From Octopus sinensis (taxonomy: Eukaryota), in NCBI RefSeq assembly GCF_006345805.1, contig NW_021831994.1, positions 2,572 through 66,571 of the forward strand: 64,000 nt of DNA, in the 5' to 3' direction. Below, one piece after another: positions 26,013-39,555 of this stretch. Each line of letters starts with the position of its first letter. Position 1 is the stretch's first letter. The position numbers were made by a program, and so were the translations under genes. The notes beneath the pieces are model-generated. The model had not been told where the DNA came from, did not search any database, and saw only the letters and a list, made by a program, of their open reading frames with translations.

Positions 26013-27540
26013 AATACTGAAGGTCGCTGTAATAGCCCAGCACCCTTAACTTAACATTGCTTACTTTGTGTCAAATATTATGATTATCATCATCATCATC
26101 ATCGTCATCATCATCATCATCAAGATACTACGTGTTAATTTAATTTGCATCAATGTCATCTTGAGGTTTGGTGACAACAAGTCACCGATCTTCTAATCTC
26201 AAGAACCTTTCTGAAGATTTTGGCAGAATACACGATTGCATTTTCCTGTATGTCGACAATGTCGGACTCAATTCCAATATCCTCCTGTCTCTTAGTTAAC
26301 AGAATTAATGGTTGTCTTACTCATCCGCAACCATTGCGACTATCTGATTATGTCCTGATATTTCCCAACGCCTTCGACACTGTAATCGCGTGGCGGTGAT
26401 TTTACAGTTCGTTTCCTTCATCCTCTGGGTTTCTTGCGTCAGTAGTATGGTAAGTCTGGTATGCTATTGGTGGTGGGTAGAGAGGTAGGGGTGGGATTTG
26501 TTGTAATTGTCCAGTCCAGAGTCAAAATTATATATAATTATTATTACATAGGCGCAGGAGTAGCTGTGTCGTAAGTAGCTTACTTATATATTAAAAAAAA
26601 AAAAAAACGAAGACAGGTGTGTGTTGTAGACAACAAACAGTGTATTAGTATAACGCTCGGAAGTGAATAAATCTTTTCGTTTCGAGCCTAGGCTCTTCCA
26701 CGAAAGAAACAGGAGAGAAAATATAAAGAATGTGTAGTGGCTAGCAATCAATCATGGCTAATATATATATATTATATATATATATATATATATTATTATA
26801 TATATATATATATATTATAATATTATATAGGATGTATATATATATATATATATTATATATATATATGTGTTATAGATGTTTAGGGGAGGGAACTCTTCGG
26901 TAAGTCGAGCCAAGTCCCAACTTGTACTTATTTACAGAAGTATTGAACGGGAAAATTCACATTGGCGGAATTTGAATTGAGAACGTAAAGATCGCGAACA
27001 AAAAATAGCGCAAACCTTTTTGTCCAATGCCAAACACGACTCTGTCGACGCACTACATTACACAAATTACAACAAATCCCACCCCTACCTCTCACCACCA
27101 CATAGCATACCAGACTTCCATACTACTGACGCAAGAAAACCAGAGGATGAAGGAAACGAACTGTAAAATCCACCGCCACGCGATTACGTGTCGAAGGCGT
27201 GTGGGAATATCAGACATAATCAGATAGTCGCAATGGTTGCGGTGAGTAGACAACCATTAATTCTGTTAACTAAGAGACAGGAGGATATTGGAATTGAGTC
27301 CGACTTGTCGACATACAGAAAATGCAATCGTGTATCTGCCAAAATCTTCAGAAGGTCTTGAGATTAGAGATTGGTGACTTGTGTCACCAAACCTCAAGAT
27401 GACATTGATGCAAATTAAATTAACACGTATATCTGATGATGATGATATGACGATGATGATGATGATGATAATCATAATATTTGACACAAAGTAAGCAATG
27501 TTAAGTTAGGGTGCGGGCTATTACAGCGACCTTCAGTATT
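26013..27540. repeat. ~500-bp inverted duplication (26013-26510 and ~27062-27540) with ~550-bp spacer; probable assembly artifact
   Basis: Left arm equals the reverse complement of the right arm apart from at least 18 single-base insertions, 2 deletions and about 2 substitutions (hand alignment). Confidence 0.9.
26608..26760 (-). mobile_element. PLE pseudo-LTR fragment (62873 family) with decayed HHR at 26673-26706
   Basis: TAACGCTCGGAAGTG..CGTTTCGAGCCTAGGCTCTTCCAC aligns with AAACGCTCAGGAAAG..TGTTTCGAGCCTGCGCTCTTCAGC at ~62936-62990. Confidence 0.65.
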
Positions 27541-27738
27541 CAATTATATATATATATATATGTTATATATATATATATATATAGATATATATATATATAT
27601 ATATATGTGTGTATATATAATATATATATATTGTATATATATATATGTTATATATATATATATATAATACTACATACATACACACACCACACCACACGAT
27701 ATATATATATATGTATATATATAATGCATACATACTAC

Positions 27739-27775
<37 letters not shown>

Positions 27776-27788
27776 TTATATATATATG

Positions 27789-27819
<31 letters not shown>

Positions 27820-28253
27820 ATAGATATTATATATATATATATATATTATATAATAATATTATATATATATTATATATATATGTACAGTTAATTGGACAGT
27901 TGCAAAACTCTATGGTAGTAAGCAAGAAACGGATATCCCAAAATAAATGATTGATGAAACGAACAACAAATCTAGACGCACACGCACGTGCAAACTGAAA
28001 AAAAGTCATGAAAAAACACACACGTACTGACATACTGCAAGACATATATAGAAATAAAACACATACATGTATCATATGTACGTGTGTGTGTAGGTATATA
28101 TATATATATTATGCGACATAGACACACACACATATATAATCATACACACACACGCGTGTGTGTGTCCGCATATATATATATATACACATACATACATACA
28201 TATATATATATTATATATATATAATATTATATATATATAGTGTGTGTGTGGTA

Positions 28254-28285
<32 letters not shown>

Positions 28286-28403
28286 CTATATATATATATA
28301 TATGTGTTGTGTGTGTTGTGTGTGGTTAATTATATATATATATACATATACTTATATATATTATATATATATATATTATATATATATATATATGTGTGTG
28401 GTG

Positions 28404-28449
<46 letters not shown>

Positions 28450-29036
28450 AGTAAAAATGTCCATTATATATATATAATATAGTACTTACATATGGACCTA
28501 CATGCATGCACATACAAACACCCATACGCACATATACACACACGCCCACATCTTTCCATCAGTATATGTGTGTGTATGTATCACTCTGTCTGTGATGACT
28601 TAGCGACGGATATCATTGTTACAGTAGCGTGTCAAGTGTAACATAAATTCCCAAATCAATGATGACTGGCAGCGATCAGGCCACAGATTATGGTAGCTCA
28701 GGGAATATTGTTTCCTGGCTAAACGATTGGCTTTTCAGCCTAACTTCGCACCAGCACCGCCATCACCACCACCACCACCACCACCACCACCACCGCCACC
28801 ATTTATCACTAGACAGACCAAGACTAAAAGCAGAAAAATAATAATTATGATATGCCGTACTTCAGTGGGCAGTGAAGCTGGTTTATTTGACTGAAGTGAA
28901 TAGTACGACCGTAGATCAATTTGTGATGGGTTGAAAATGTGAATGTTCTTACGATTTATGTCTGGGTCATTCCTGATTTACATGGACTAATAAATATAAT
29001 GCCACGCTCTTTTTTTTTATTAATATTTTCGGCTAT

Positions 29037-29400
29037 TTCTGAGAGCAAATTCTGCTGAGATCGACGTTGTCTTTCATCCTTGAGGTATCGATAAACGGAG
29101 AACTGGGGCTAATGACATCCACTTAGTTCTTCCCCTAAAATTTGTTAGCCTTGTGCCACAATTTGAAACCTATGTTTTTTATTTTTCTGCTATTGACACA
29201 AGGCTTGACGTTTTTAAAGGACGTCGTCTAATCGATTATATCGATCCCAATGTGCAGCCAGCATTCATTTTATCGACCTCGAAAGGATGGAAGGCAAAGG
29301 CAGCCTCTGCAAAATCAGAACTCTGAACGTAAAGCGACAAGAAATGCTGTTAAGTATTCTTTCCGGTCCGGTGTGCTATCGAATCTGCCATCTTGTAGCT
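29037..29400. mobile_element. Two decayed family C SINE fragments in opposite orientation
   Basis: TTGTCTTTCATCCTTGAGGTATCGATAAA on +; TTTATCGACCTCGAAAGGATGGAAGGCAAAG is the minus-strand form. Confidence 0.65.
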
Positions 29401-29439
29401 TTCCATTAACTCATAAGGCAGAATCATAAAGCAGAATCA

Positions 29440-29940
29440 TTAGCGCAACGCGCAAAATGCTCAATGGCTTCTCGCCCGTCTTAATGTTCTGAGTGTGGAG
29501 CCACATAGCCTTGTGGTTAGAGCAGCGGACTCGCGATCGAGGGATCGCGGATTCGAATCTCAGACCGGGCGATGTGTGTGTTTATGAGCGAAATACCTAA
29601 GCTCCACGCGGCTCCGGCAGAAGGTAATCGCGAACTTCTGCTGACTCTTTCGTCACAACTTTCTTTCACTCTTTCCTCCTGTATCTTGCAGCTCACCAGC
29701 GACGGACCGGCACGCCTTCCAGGTGAGGAACTTATACGCCAAGGAAACCGGGAAACCGGCCCTTATGAGCCAGGTGTAGCTCGAGTAGGAACAACCAATG
29801 TTCTGATTTCAAATTCCGCCGAGGTTGACTTTACCTTTCATCCTTTCGCAGTCGATAAAAGAAGTACCAGTTAGGCATTGGGATTGATATAATCGACTAG
29901 CACCTGCCTCTCAAATCTCAGGTCTTGTGTCTATAGTAGA
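29440..29940 (+). mobile_element. Family C SINE split by a nested SINE
   Basis: Head ends AATGTTCTGA at 29483-29492 and resumes AATGTTCTGATTTCAAATTCCGCCGAGG at 29797. Confidence 0.8.
29493..29796 (+). mobile_element. Chimeric SINE: family A head/body with family D (RTE-like) tail; 10-bp TSD
   Basis: GTGGAGCCACATAGCC..GCAGCGGACTCGCG head; tail GGAAACCGGGAAACCGGCCCTTATGAGCC..GCTCGAGTAGGAAC; TSD AATGTTCTGA. Confidence 0.85.
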
Positions 29941-30996
29941 AAAGATTATGTGTAACATAGTGTATAATTTATTGCCGTCACCTGATTTGATAATCGAGTA
30001 CCTTTTGCGAAATTGAAAACATCGAAGCCAAGCGTTTGGGAGTCTTTCCGCAAATATATTTCATGTTTGTATTTACCTTCAGATGTTGAGATTCAATATC
30101 AATTCCACGTAAATCTTATTGATCTGCCGGTGCACAGGTCATCATCGATACTGTCCCTATCTCTGTAGTAAATCCCATTTAATTAAATCCGCTCCGTTGA
30201 GTGAAATATGAAACTATCTACCTTTTGATTGTTCCTCACTGTAGTGTAATTAATAATGTTATATCCAGTATAACAAAAGCTAACATTTCTACTTCTCCTC
30301 CATTCTTTCCTTTCTTACCTCACCAGAACGATAAACGACACCTGGTGGATTTCTTGGAGAAACACTGTATATTTTTGTTTGAAGATTTCATGTCATAATC
30401 AAAGATAGTTTCCTGTTGTTTTCCATCGGATTAATTTTTCCTTTTATCCCTTTCCGTGTTGCATTCATTAAACAGAAGTCTCGAAGGCTTAAGTCGATCA
30501 TACCGATGCCAGTACTTATATTTAATCTCGTGTTTATTCTACCGGTTTCTTTTTGTCGAACTTCAAAGTTACCAGCTGGATAACATACTGACAGCAATTG
30601 TCAAGTGATGTGAAAACAAACAGAAGCTGCTTACACACATATATAACTACATACGAAACTATATGACCTATGACTTACTTTCTGGTATTTTTAATACCGG
30701 GCACTCTGAGAATATATTTCCTTATGCCTAAAAGGCAGCCGATCCAAGGAAAAAATTCACACACACCTTCTGTATGTGCGTTCGAGTTTGCATATATATA
30801 TATATATACATATATACACATACATATGTATATGCATATATATTATTATATATATAATATATAATATATATATATATATATAATATATAAAACTATATTC
30901 ATATATATATACATATACATATATGTGTACACACACACGTGTGAAATACTCAGTAAACATATATATATTATATAATATATATATATTATATATAAT

Positions 30997-31231
30997 ATTA
31001 AATTAGAGACAAAACACTATTATGCAAATCAAACAAAGAAAGACTTATTTATAATTGTTAAATTTTAATTTATATAAATTATTTTTATGTATTGGCTTAA
31101 GTCTTTCTTTGTTTGATTTGCATAATAGTGGTTTTGTCTCTAATTTAATATAATATAATATTTTACTATAAAATTGGATTCAATCTTAAATCTGATTTTT
31201 CCCTGTAAATTTGGATTTATTCCCTAATATT
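30997..31231. mobile_element. Fold-back element (arms 30997-31047 and 31098-31149), same family as 36010
   Basis: ATTAAATTAGAGACAAAACACTATTATGCAAATCAAACAAAGAAAGACTTA and its reverse complement; terminal TTTTCCCTGTAAATTTGGA..CCCTAATATT. Confidence 0.75.
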
Positions 31232-31244
31232 TATATATATATAT

Positions 31245-31246
<2 letters not shown>

Positions 31247-31323
<77 letters not shown>
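31247..31323. repeat. (GATA)n
   Basis: Directly visible. Confidence 0.95.
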
Positions 31324-31324
<1 letters not shown>

Positions 31325-32278
31325 GACAGGTTTGGATGATATTTGGTCGACGCCCGGAATTTCTTTAGAGGCCGCTTGATCAATGTACCACGCAGCAAAG
31401 CTGTACTCAAAGCTCTGTGTTTGTAAAAACGAAAATACGTGGTTACCGAATTAGAATTTCTTTGCACTGCCTTTTCTCTGCTCTCTTTCAACTGTGTCAC
31501 GGAAAAGGATTTTGGACCGTGAAAATTAGTGTGATACATGCCAAAACCAAGTGAGTTTTCAACATTTCTTTTTATCAAGAAGTATTTCTTCCCTACCAGC
31601 ATATTTAGTGATCTTCTGCTTGACAAAGCAATCAGTCCTAAGTTCCGTGCACGACATGCATAGCAGCCTTCTCACATACTAGCATTTGTACTCTTTATTC
31701 TACTTTTCCTCTCAGGTGTGAATGTTCAGCATTTGCTCTTCTACTCAAAGCTTGAATATAGCGGAATTGCCATTGTTTGAACCGCAAAGCAAAACTAAGG
31801 GAACTGTATTTTTGTGTTTTTGTATGTTTAGCTTCGTCATGGCGAATAATGCCAAACTAAGTCTCATTTTGTCTTCCGAATTAAGCTAGTTCTGAGATTT
31901 ATTTCGAGTTGTCTGCATCTTCAAGAATATATTCAGAGCAAAGTGACAACGACTGAAACCCCGTTGAGAACGAAAATTATATCGGAAGTATGATTATTTG
32001 TCTGTTTCTTGTAGTTCCAATATTTATGCTAAAACTCAGACAACGTCTAAACCTTTTGAAAATGATGTATTATCTTAATCATAATGGATAACATGTTTAC
32101 TGCTTTGTCATAAGTGGCCGATAGTTTATCAAAAATGTAGGTGCCTGGCTTTATGGTTCATTTCTCTGGGAAAACCAAGTAACGTCTTTGGGAAGACAAT
32201 GTAATAATTTTTCCCAAAATTATGAATATTTGAAATACTCAGTAAGCACGGGGACATTTTTGTGTGTGCATATCTTTG

Positions 32279-32311
<33 letters not shown>

Positions 32312-33510
32312 TGTGTGTGTGCATGCTTTCCTCTGTGTGTTTGTGTGTGCAAATGTGAGAAAAATTGGGGGAACAAAAATGTTCCTGCGTTTTAGTGTTA
32401 TTCGAAATCAAATTTTCTTTGTGTAAGATAAAAAAAACAGAACGAAAACGGAAAGAAGGAATGAAAGAAAACAGAGAGTGAATAAGTTTGAAGAATGTTC
32501 CGTTTTACCATGTAATAACTATGAATCACATCAAATCTTTCATTTTATTGTTGTTTGTTTTCTTCTCCAATGAAGAAATCGCCTACATGGGTTTATTAGG
32601 TCCTTATGGTTATAATCAAGTGTTATGTTCCCAGCATAAAGCAATAATCAGGATGAAAAAGAAAGCATCAACTGTCAAACATGATTGAACGGTCTTTCTC
32701 TAATGAACACAGGCCATTAAGTTAGGAAACTAATGGGTATTGATAATATAGTATTAACAAAATTTCTTATATGTTATGTCAAAAACCTCCCCAAGTATCT
32801 CATTCTATAGTTTTACTGTAAATTAATATAAACATATATTCGACTATGTAATTACTAAAATATTCTGCAGGACGCATCAGGTCCCAACTTGCTTTTCGTA
32901 GAATTTAAGAGACTCTCTATACCCGTTAAACAAAATATACAGGCCTTAGAGATCGAATTAATCAGGTACCAATACAACATGAAAGAATGGCCGTTGTGAC
33001 ATTCGTTTCTGAAGTTTTCTCCCAGTGGCATTAGAGAGCTTAATCTAACACATCCTGAATAATACAGACCATTTACGTAGGAAAGAAACGGGTATTGCTA
33101 ATATAATATCAGCAGAATTTCTTATGCGTAATATCAAAACCAATCTCACGAAATCTCTCACTGTATACTTTCCATGTAAATTACTGTAAATATATAAATA
33201 TATATTTTACAACGCAATTGCTATTAGAATATTCTAAAGGTTACATTATGTCCCAAATATTCATGAAAGAAACTTGATTTTCATGGAACTCAAGAGAATT
33301 CCTCTTCTCTTTAAACGAATGCTAGTAGCCTTATGCCAAATAAATCAGCTACCGACCATAACACGAAAGATTAGTGGCTATGTCACTCCTTTCTGAAATT
33401 TTTCCTGGTGTTATTAACGATGTTAACCTTCCACAGCCAAATAGGGAATTTAATTGGAAACACAAACCGGTCTTTTAAAATAAGTTTTTCCTTGTGAGTT
33501 TTATATAATT

Positions 33511-33797
33511 ACAATTGCAGCGTGGAAGGTGTTAATAAGCCAATTAAATACACACAAAAAACCGTTAGATTCACTTCACCATTTAAATTTCATTTGTAAA
33601 AATATTTTCATCGCGTTGGGATCGCGACCTCTTCATTGACAAAATTCCGTGCTGCAGTAACGAATTTTCTCAGTGAACAGCTCACGGCCTAAAAACAACG
33701 AAAATATTTTAACAAATTAAATTAAAATGTTGAAGTGAATCTAACGTTTTTTGTGTGATTTTAAATGGCTTATAAGCACCTTCCACGCTGCAATTGT
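33511..33797. mobile_element. Fold-back element (~100-bp arms) with decayed HHR at 33595-33641 (-)
   Basis: ACAATTGCAGCGTGGAAGGTG..CGTTAGATTCACTTCA..AAAATATTTTC versus GAAAATATTTT..TGAAGTGAATCTAACG..CACCTTCCACGCTGCAATTGT; HHR UGUCA-AUGAAGA-G-GUCGCG..CGCGAU-GAAA-AUAU-UU-UUACA (C3A). Confidence 0.8.
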
Positions 33798-34076
33798 TTT
33801 TGTTTCAGCACACGATCTCAGATCAGGTCATTTCCTATGTAAGCACATCTCCGTGTTATATAAAATTAATATTTAGTAAAACAAACTATCAATTATGTCA
33901 TCGTTGCAGCGATATAAGTTAACTTCAAATAAACCGCTTGATTGAGAGAAACACAGTTGTTATTGTTGTTGCTGTTGTTGTTGTAGTAGTGGCGGCTGTC
34001 ACAGTGATTCGTCCTTGGGTGTCTTTTTTTGTTTTTATCTCATTTATTTCTGTTTTCAATACCATACAGAAAATAC

Positions 34077-34310
34077 CTATTTCTTTACTACCCACAAGGG
34101 GCTAAACACAGAGGGGACAAACAAGGACAGACATAGGTATTAAGTCGATTACATCGACCCCAGTTCGTAACTGGTACTTAATTTATCGACCCCGAAAGGA
34201 TGAAAGGCAAAGTCGACCTCGGCGGAATTTGAACTCAGAACGTAACGGCAGACGAAATACCGCTAAGCATTTCGCCCTGCGCGTTAACGTTTCTGCCAGC
34301 TCGACGCCTT
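34077..34310 (-). mobile_element. SINE family C, full-length, 14-bp TSD
   Basis: CATACAGAAAATAC at 34063-34076 and 34311-34324, repeated again at ~34327. Confidence 0.92.
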
Positions 34311-35387
34311 CATACAGAAAATACACCATACAGAAAATACCACACAGAAATATTTAGAATTTAAAGTCTACTTGGGGAGAGAGAAAATGAGAGAGAGAGA
34401 GAGAGAGAAAGAAAGAGAGAAAGAAAGAAAGAAAGAAAGAAAGAATGAATGAATGAAAGAAAGAGAGAGAGAGAACGAGCGAAAGAGAGATAAAGGGAGT
34501 GAGACAGAACGTCAGAACAAAGAGATAATCAGATATATAGAAATTCTTTTATAATATTTTGAGGACAAGGCCAAACTTCATCTTGGAGAGCTACCATGAA
34601 AAACAATCCCCTTATGGCAAACGTTCCTTTATTTTTGTATTCCAGTCAAACTATAGCATGGGTAATGATATAGACTAAAAACTTACTTTATTCAAACTGT
34701 AGCATTTGATTAGTGAGAGATGTGGCTGTTATTTAGATGATACGCATAACTATACTACTGAATCTTTCTTTTTTTTTTATTCCTTTTGCAACTTCAAATA
34801 TTCCAGACGGTAAGGCTAAATAAATAGGGAAGGAATGAATCGCTACACTCGAACGGATATCAGATTGTGCGCTTGTATGCTTGTATGCGCGTGCAAATAC
34901 ACACACATACGCGTGTATGTATGTGTGTGTATGTATATATAAATAAATACATATATATATATATATATAAATACATGCAAATATATACATATATATTGTT
35001 ATTATTGTTATTATTATTTTTTATACTTAGCTGAAAAAAAACAGAGTAAACTAGATATGTATAATATATAACATTTATATTAATATTATATGTAATACGA
35101 TATTCGTATACATATATATGTGTGTGTATGTATACATACACACACAAATATAAGATCTAATCCTGTTTGTATCAACAAACATATATACATATATAGACAC
35201 ATATGCCTCACACACACTAACACATGCATATGTATATATATGTATATGTACTATATTATATATATATATATATATTATATATATAAATGTATATGTATAT
35301 ATATATATATGTATATATGTAATATATATATACACATTATATATATATATATTATACATATATATATACATATATTATATATATATA

Positions 35388-35443
<56 letters not shown>

Positions 35444-35971
35444 CTATGTGTAAACAAGTGTGGTTCACGCTCAGTATAATAAATGTACAGCAAATTCAAT
35501 ATAACTTATGCAGTGAGTGGAAAAGTGACAGCTAAACATAATCAGTTCAGTGAACAGACGTCCGATGAAGAAAAAATGTTCATAATATTTACACATATTT
35601 TAATTCTTTGCTTTTCTAAATATATCTTTAGTAGATTTCCTATAGTCTATTTCTTTCTCTCTCTTTCTCTCTCACACACATAAAGGTGTGTGTATGTATG
35701 TAATAGAGCTGGCTTATTTGCAATTTAGAACCTAAAGGCAGAACAATATAAATCACTAAATTGACTAGGGGCACTAGTTACCACCAGCATTACGAGAAAT
35801 ATGAATCAAATCAACTTCTAGCCATGATAAAGCACATATCTTCTGACTGACAACGGAGGCAAAACTCCTACGGCATCCGGGACATAGCCAGATCACACAT
35901 ATATATAATAATAATGATAATAATGATAATAATAATAATAATAATGATGATAATAATAATAATAATAATAA

Positions 35972-36005
<34 letters not shown>

Positions 36006-36009
36006 TAAT

Positions 36010-36254
36010 AATATTAGGGAGTATGTCCAAACTTACAGGGAAAAATTAAATTAGGATAAAATCAAATTTCACAGTATAAATATAAATTCAATTAGAGATA
36101 AAATCACTATTAGGCAACTCAAACAGTGATAGACATAAACCAAAACATATTATATATATATTATTTTATTTTTGGTTTTTTGTGTTTTTGTATGTCTTGG
36201 TTTATTTTACTGTTTGAGTGCCTAATAGTGATTTTATCTCTAATTTAATTTATA
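36010..36254. mobile_element. Fold-back element (arms 36081-36127 and 36209-36254), same family as 30997, opposite orientation
   Basis: AATTAGAGATAAAATCACTATTAGGCAACTCAAACAGT versus ACTGTTTGAGTGCCTAATAGTGATTTTATCTCTAATT. Confidence 0.75.
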
Positions 36255-36277
36255 TATATATATATATACATACATAC

Positions 36278-36343
<66 letters not shown>

Positions 36344-36413
36344 ATCTATATATATATATATTAGATATATATATATATATATATAGATATATACATATAT
36401 ATATATATAACAA

Positions 36414-37124
36414 GTTGAATAAAGTTAAAACATGGTCTGCTTTTTACATTTTTTACTGTGGTATTTTAACATTTAAAAAAATTATTTTCTACTGCACTTA
36501 AAGTTAAATTATCACTTTCATTGTACTCATAAGATTTCAAATGTGTTTATCTGACTGTTGAGTTCTTGACAACTTTAGTACCTCTTAGAACGCTCCAACC
36601 AGCTGAATTTTTAGAATCCTTTTTTGACCAATGCGCATGCTCTTAAACATCACGTTTTGCCAGGCATACTGGTATTCTGTAACTTGTTTATATTTATTAA
36701 TCCGTATCATTAACTGGTTGCTATATTATTGCTGTTATTTCTCTTCAGAACAGGTTTGAACATTTTAAGAAACCGTTTTTCTTCCATCTTTCTTCCAACC
36801 TCACTTGTGTCTTGTAGCTTGTGGAAAGGAAAAAATTAGAAACATTTACTTGCCATATGTCTCTATATGTTCGCTCAATGGAATTTGGCGAACATTGGTG
36901 TTCCGGATTTGTTGTCAAAAAATTCAGCAGTTGGGAACGTTCTAAGAAGTACTAAAGCTGTCAAGAACTCAACTGTTTGTTACATACATTTGTAATTTGG
37001 TGATTACCCTACGTATTAAAGCGCTAATTTAACTTTATGAGTATTACAAATTTTTCAATGTTAAAATGTTAAAATACCATAATAAAAAAGGTGAAAACCA
37101 GGCCATGTTTCAACTTTATTCTAC
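36414..37124 (-). mobile_element. 5'-truncated PLE: GIY-YIG C-terminus between ~200-bp inverted terminal segments
   Basis: Arms 36414-36612 and 36917-37124. The spacer on the minus strand reads QQIRNTNVRQIPLSEHIETYGK*MFLIF..LQDTSEVGRKMEEKRFLKMFKPVL, typical of a PLE endonuclease end (E..F...FKP.LN). Confidence 0.75.
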
Positions 37125-37199
37125 TGATATATTATCCCATCGCACAAACACACAAATTCGAAAAGATTTATATATTTATATATGAAATATAAAATGGGG

Positions 37200-37620
37200 G
37201 AAAAACGCAAAACATCTAGGCATTTAGGTAATACAAGAAAGGGATGATAAAACACCCAGATAGACGATACAAAGAAAATAAGGAGTAGTCATTCGGAATT
37301 TTCTTTCCTCAGTCAAGTTCCAGATTATCTTTGCAATTTCAGCTGGTTATACTCGATATTGCTCCAATCTGGCCAGCACCAAGGAAAACTAAGCTAAGAG
37401 CATTAGATTCCTTTGAAGAAAGCAGCTAATATATACGTAAACAAGGACGGTAAAAAAAACTGATAAGGTTACACAAATACAAATCACAGGACAAAACAAC
37501 AAGTGTCTTTCGACTAAGGACGAATCAAATTAAAGCCTTACAGCAGGGATACAAGATTTCCCAGGCACATGGAAAATACAGATGTTGCACGGACAGCGGC
37601 CGAACCAAGAAAAAAAGGTC
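37200..37620. mobile_element. Probable PLE-type terminal or other interspersed repeat fragment
   Basis: Non-microsatellite sequence with PLE-terminal character (GATATTGCTCCAATCTGGCCAGC); partial CUGAGGA on the minus strand; no intact HHR. Confidence 0.35.
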
Positions 37621-38195
37621 AGTCTTGGACCATCACCATCACCAGGGGACAGAAGAGAGAGGTAAAGGACCCCTCTCTCACATTTCATTGCCTTCTCTTC
37701 ATACTCACTTTCCCTCCTCTTTTCACTTCATTGTGTCTCTGTCATTTTTTTTCTCACCCCTCCTTATTTCTTCTTTCCTTGTGTCTCCACCTGGCAAAAT
37801 TAGGGAATGGTGTAGATACATTTCAAGCTACATGTGTTTCATATCTAATAGAACCTCAGGAATAGTAATTGTCTAAAACGAGGGGGGGGGGTGATTCGGT
37901 GGCTACACGTCGAGCCAAAGATACAGTAATCGAAAGAAGTTTACCTTGTCCTCAGGGGATCCTGTACTAACTCTCAAGATATTCGATCGAAAATATCAGC
38001 TACTACCCCTAAGCTATAAGATAACTTTTTCTTTTAGCTTATCGAACTTCGATATGGGAAACATTTACAACCTTCTACGTCAATAAACTAGTATTGTACT
38101 AGAAGTTGTTTTTTACATCTTCTACGGACTGACTCGAAGCTTACCGACTACCTACGCGTTGATCGACGGAACTTACCTTTACTTATTATATATAC

Positions 38196-38226
<31 letters not shown>

Positions 38227-38889
38227 ATATATTTATATATACATATATATATATACACACATATATATATATACACACATATATACCCACCACACACACA
38301 CACATATATATATATATATGCATATATATATATATATGTATGTATACAAAAACATATATGTAAGTGTATGTATATAGATATACGCATATTTATACATACA
38401 TTATATCTACCTATAAATGTACATACAGGTCTATATTTATATACATATATGCATTGTTTATCTATCTAAATTTCTGCCTTTACATTTGCACATACATATA
38501 TAAAATATATAATGTGTGTGTGTGTGTCTCATATGTGTGTGTGTGTGTGTATGAGCATCTATATGTGCATATAGTGGTAAATGCTGATGCGCACATTTTG
38601 GAGCCAGCAAAGATTTAGAATACTGAATATCATTAGGAAATGAACCGTGCCTTCATTTATTCAGTTGTCACACGCAGACGACACATCAGTCTATTCGCTT
38701 GTGTACGTGAACGCTTTCATGTCTTCTGAATGGTATGTTTAAAACACACGTTAGCAGGAGAAGCGGTGCCTATTGTTAATTATGTCTTAGGTGTGCTAAA
38801 TAAGTAAATGGGATTTTTTTGTTAATTATGAGTCGATTTTTCATGCCTTCTCAAGTCTTTCATGTAAAAAGATAAACTGTTTTAGCCGA

Positions 38890-39060
38890 GAAATAATTGG
38901 AATTTGCTTCGTAAAAGGGATTTCCTAATCTTTATCTGAATTCTCCGACAACGACGAGTTGTGCAAAACTGTGGAATCATTTTATAGAATATTATTGTGC
39001 TCCGAGAGACAAAAATCACACCTTTTGGAGCCTGAAAATTGCCGGTGACGTGAGGATATA
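38890..39060 (-). pseudogene. Possible PLE ORF C-terminal relic
   Basis: Minus frame GSKRCDFCLSEH resembles the SKRC.LCL.EK motif at the end of some PLE ORFs; followed by stops. Confidence 0.35.
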
Positions 39061-39161
39061 ATGGACAAATCGAATGTATATGGACAAACATACATACATG
39101 CATGTATATGTATATATACATATGTAAACATATATATGTACGTATATATATATATATATAG

Positions 39162-39210
<49 letters not shown>

Positions 39211-39473
39211 ATATATGTGTATATATATGTATATATTGTAAAATACAAAATACACAGTTATATCCTGAGATCGCTAGTAATAACAATACTCCAGATATAA
39301 AACAGACTGCAGTTGTAGTGCTCCAAATGAGTGAATTTACGCTTAAAATCATAAATCATTTGGTAAATTAAAAAATTTGGATAATAAAACATATAAAGGA
39401 CATATTAAAATGACGTATTAAAAATTCCTGAAAAATACAGAAAAAATAAATATACAAAAATTACAAAACTTTT

Positions 39474-39555
39474 CATCTACTGGCCGTTTCGGAGACGCGC
39501 CAATTAATATGAAACATTTCATATATTCGAAACTGACACCCCCCTCATCAGGATG
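39474..39555 (-). ncRNA. Type I hammerhead ribozyme with canonical core
   Basis: CAUC-CUGAUGA-GGGGGGUGUC..GGCGCGUCUCC-GAAA-C(GGCCA)G-UA-GAUG; extended stem II with an internal AUAUGAA/UUCAUAU hairpin; predicted cleavage between + positions 39478 and 39477. Confidence 0.75.

Noticed and set aside
31231-31626. 131-aa ORF; likewise 7457-7771 and 43716-44018 in non-repeat sequence
   Set aside because: No recognisable domain or convincing splice-site pair; consistent with random ORFs.
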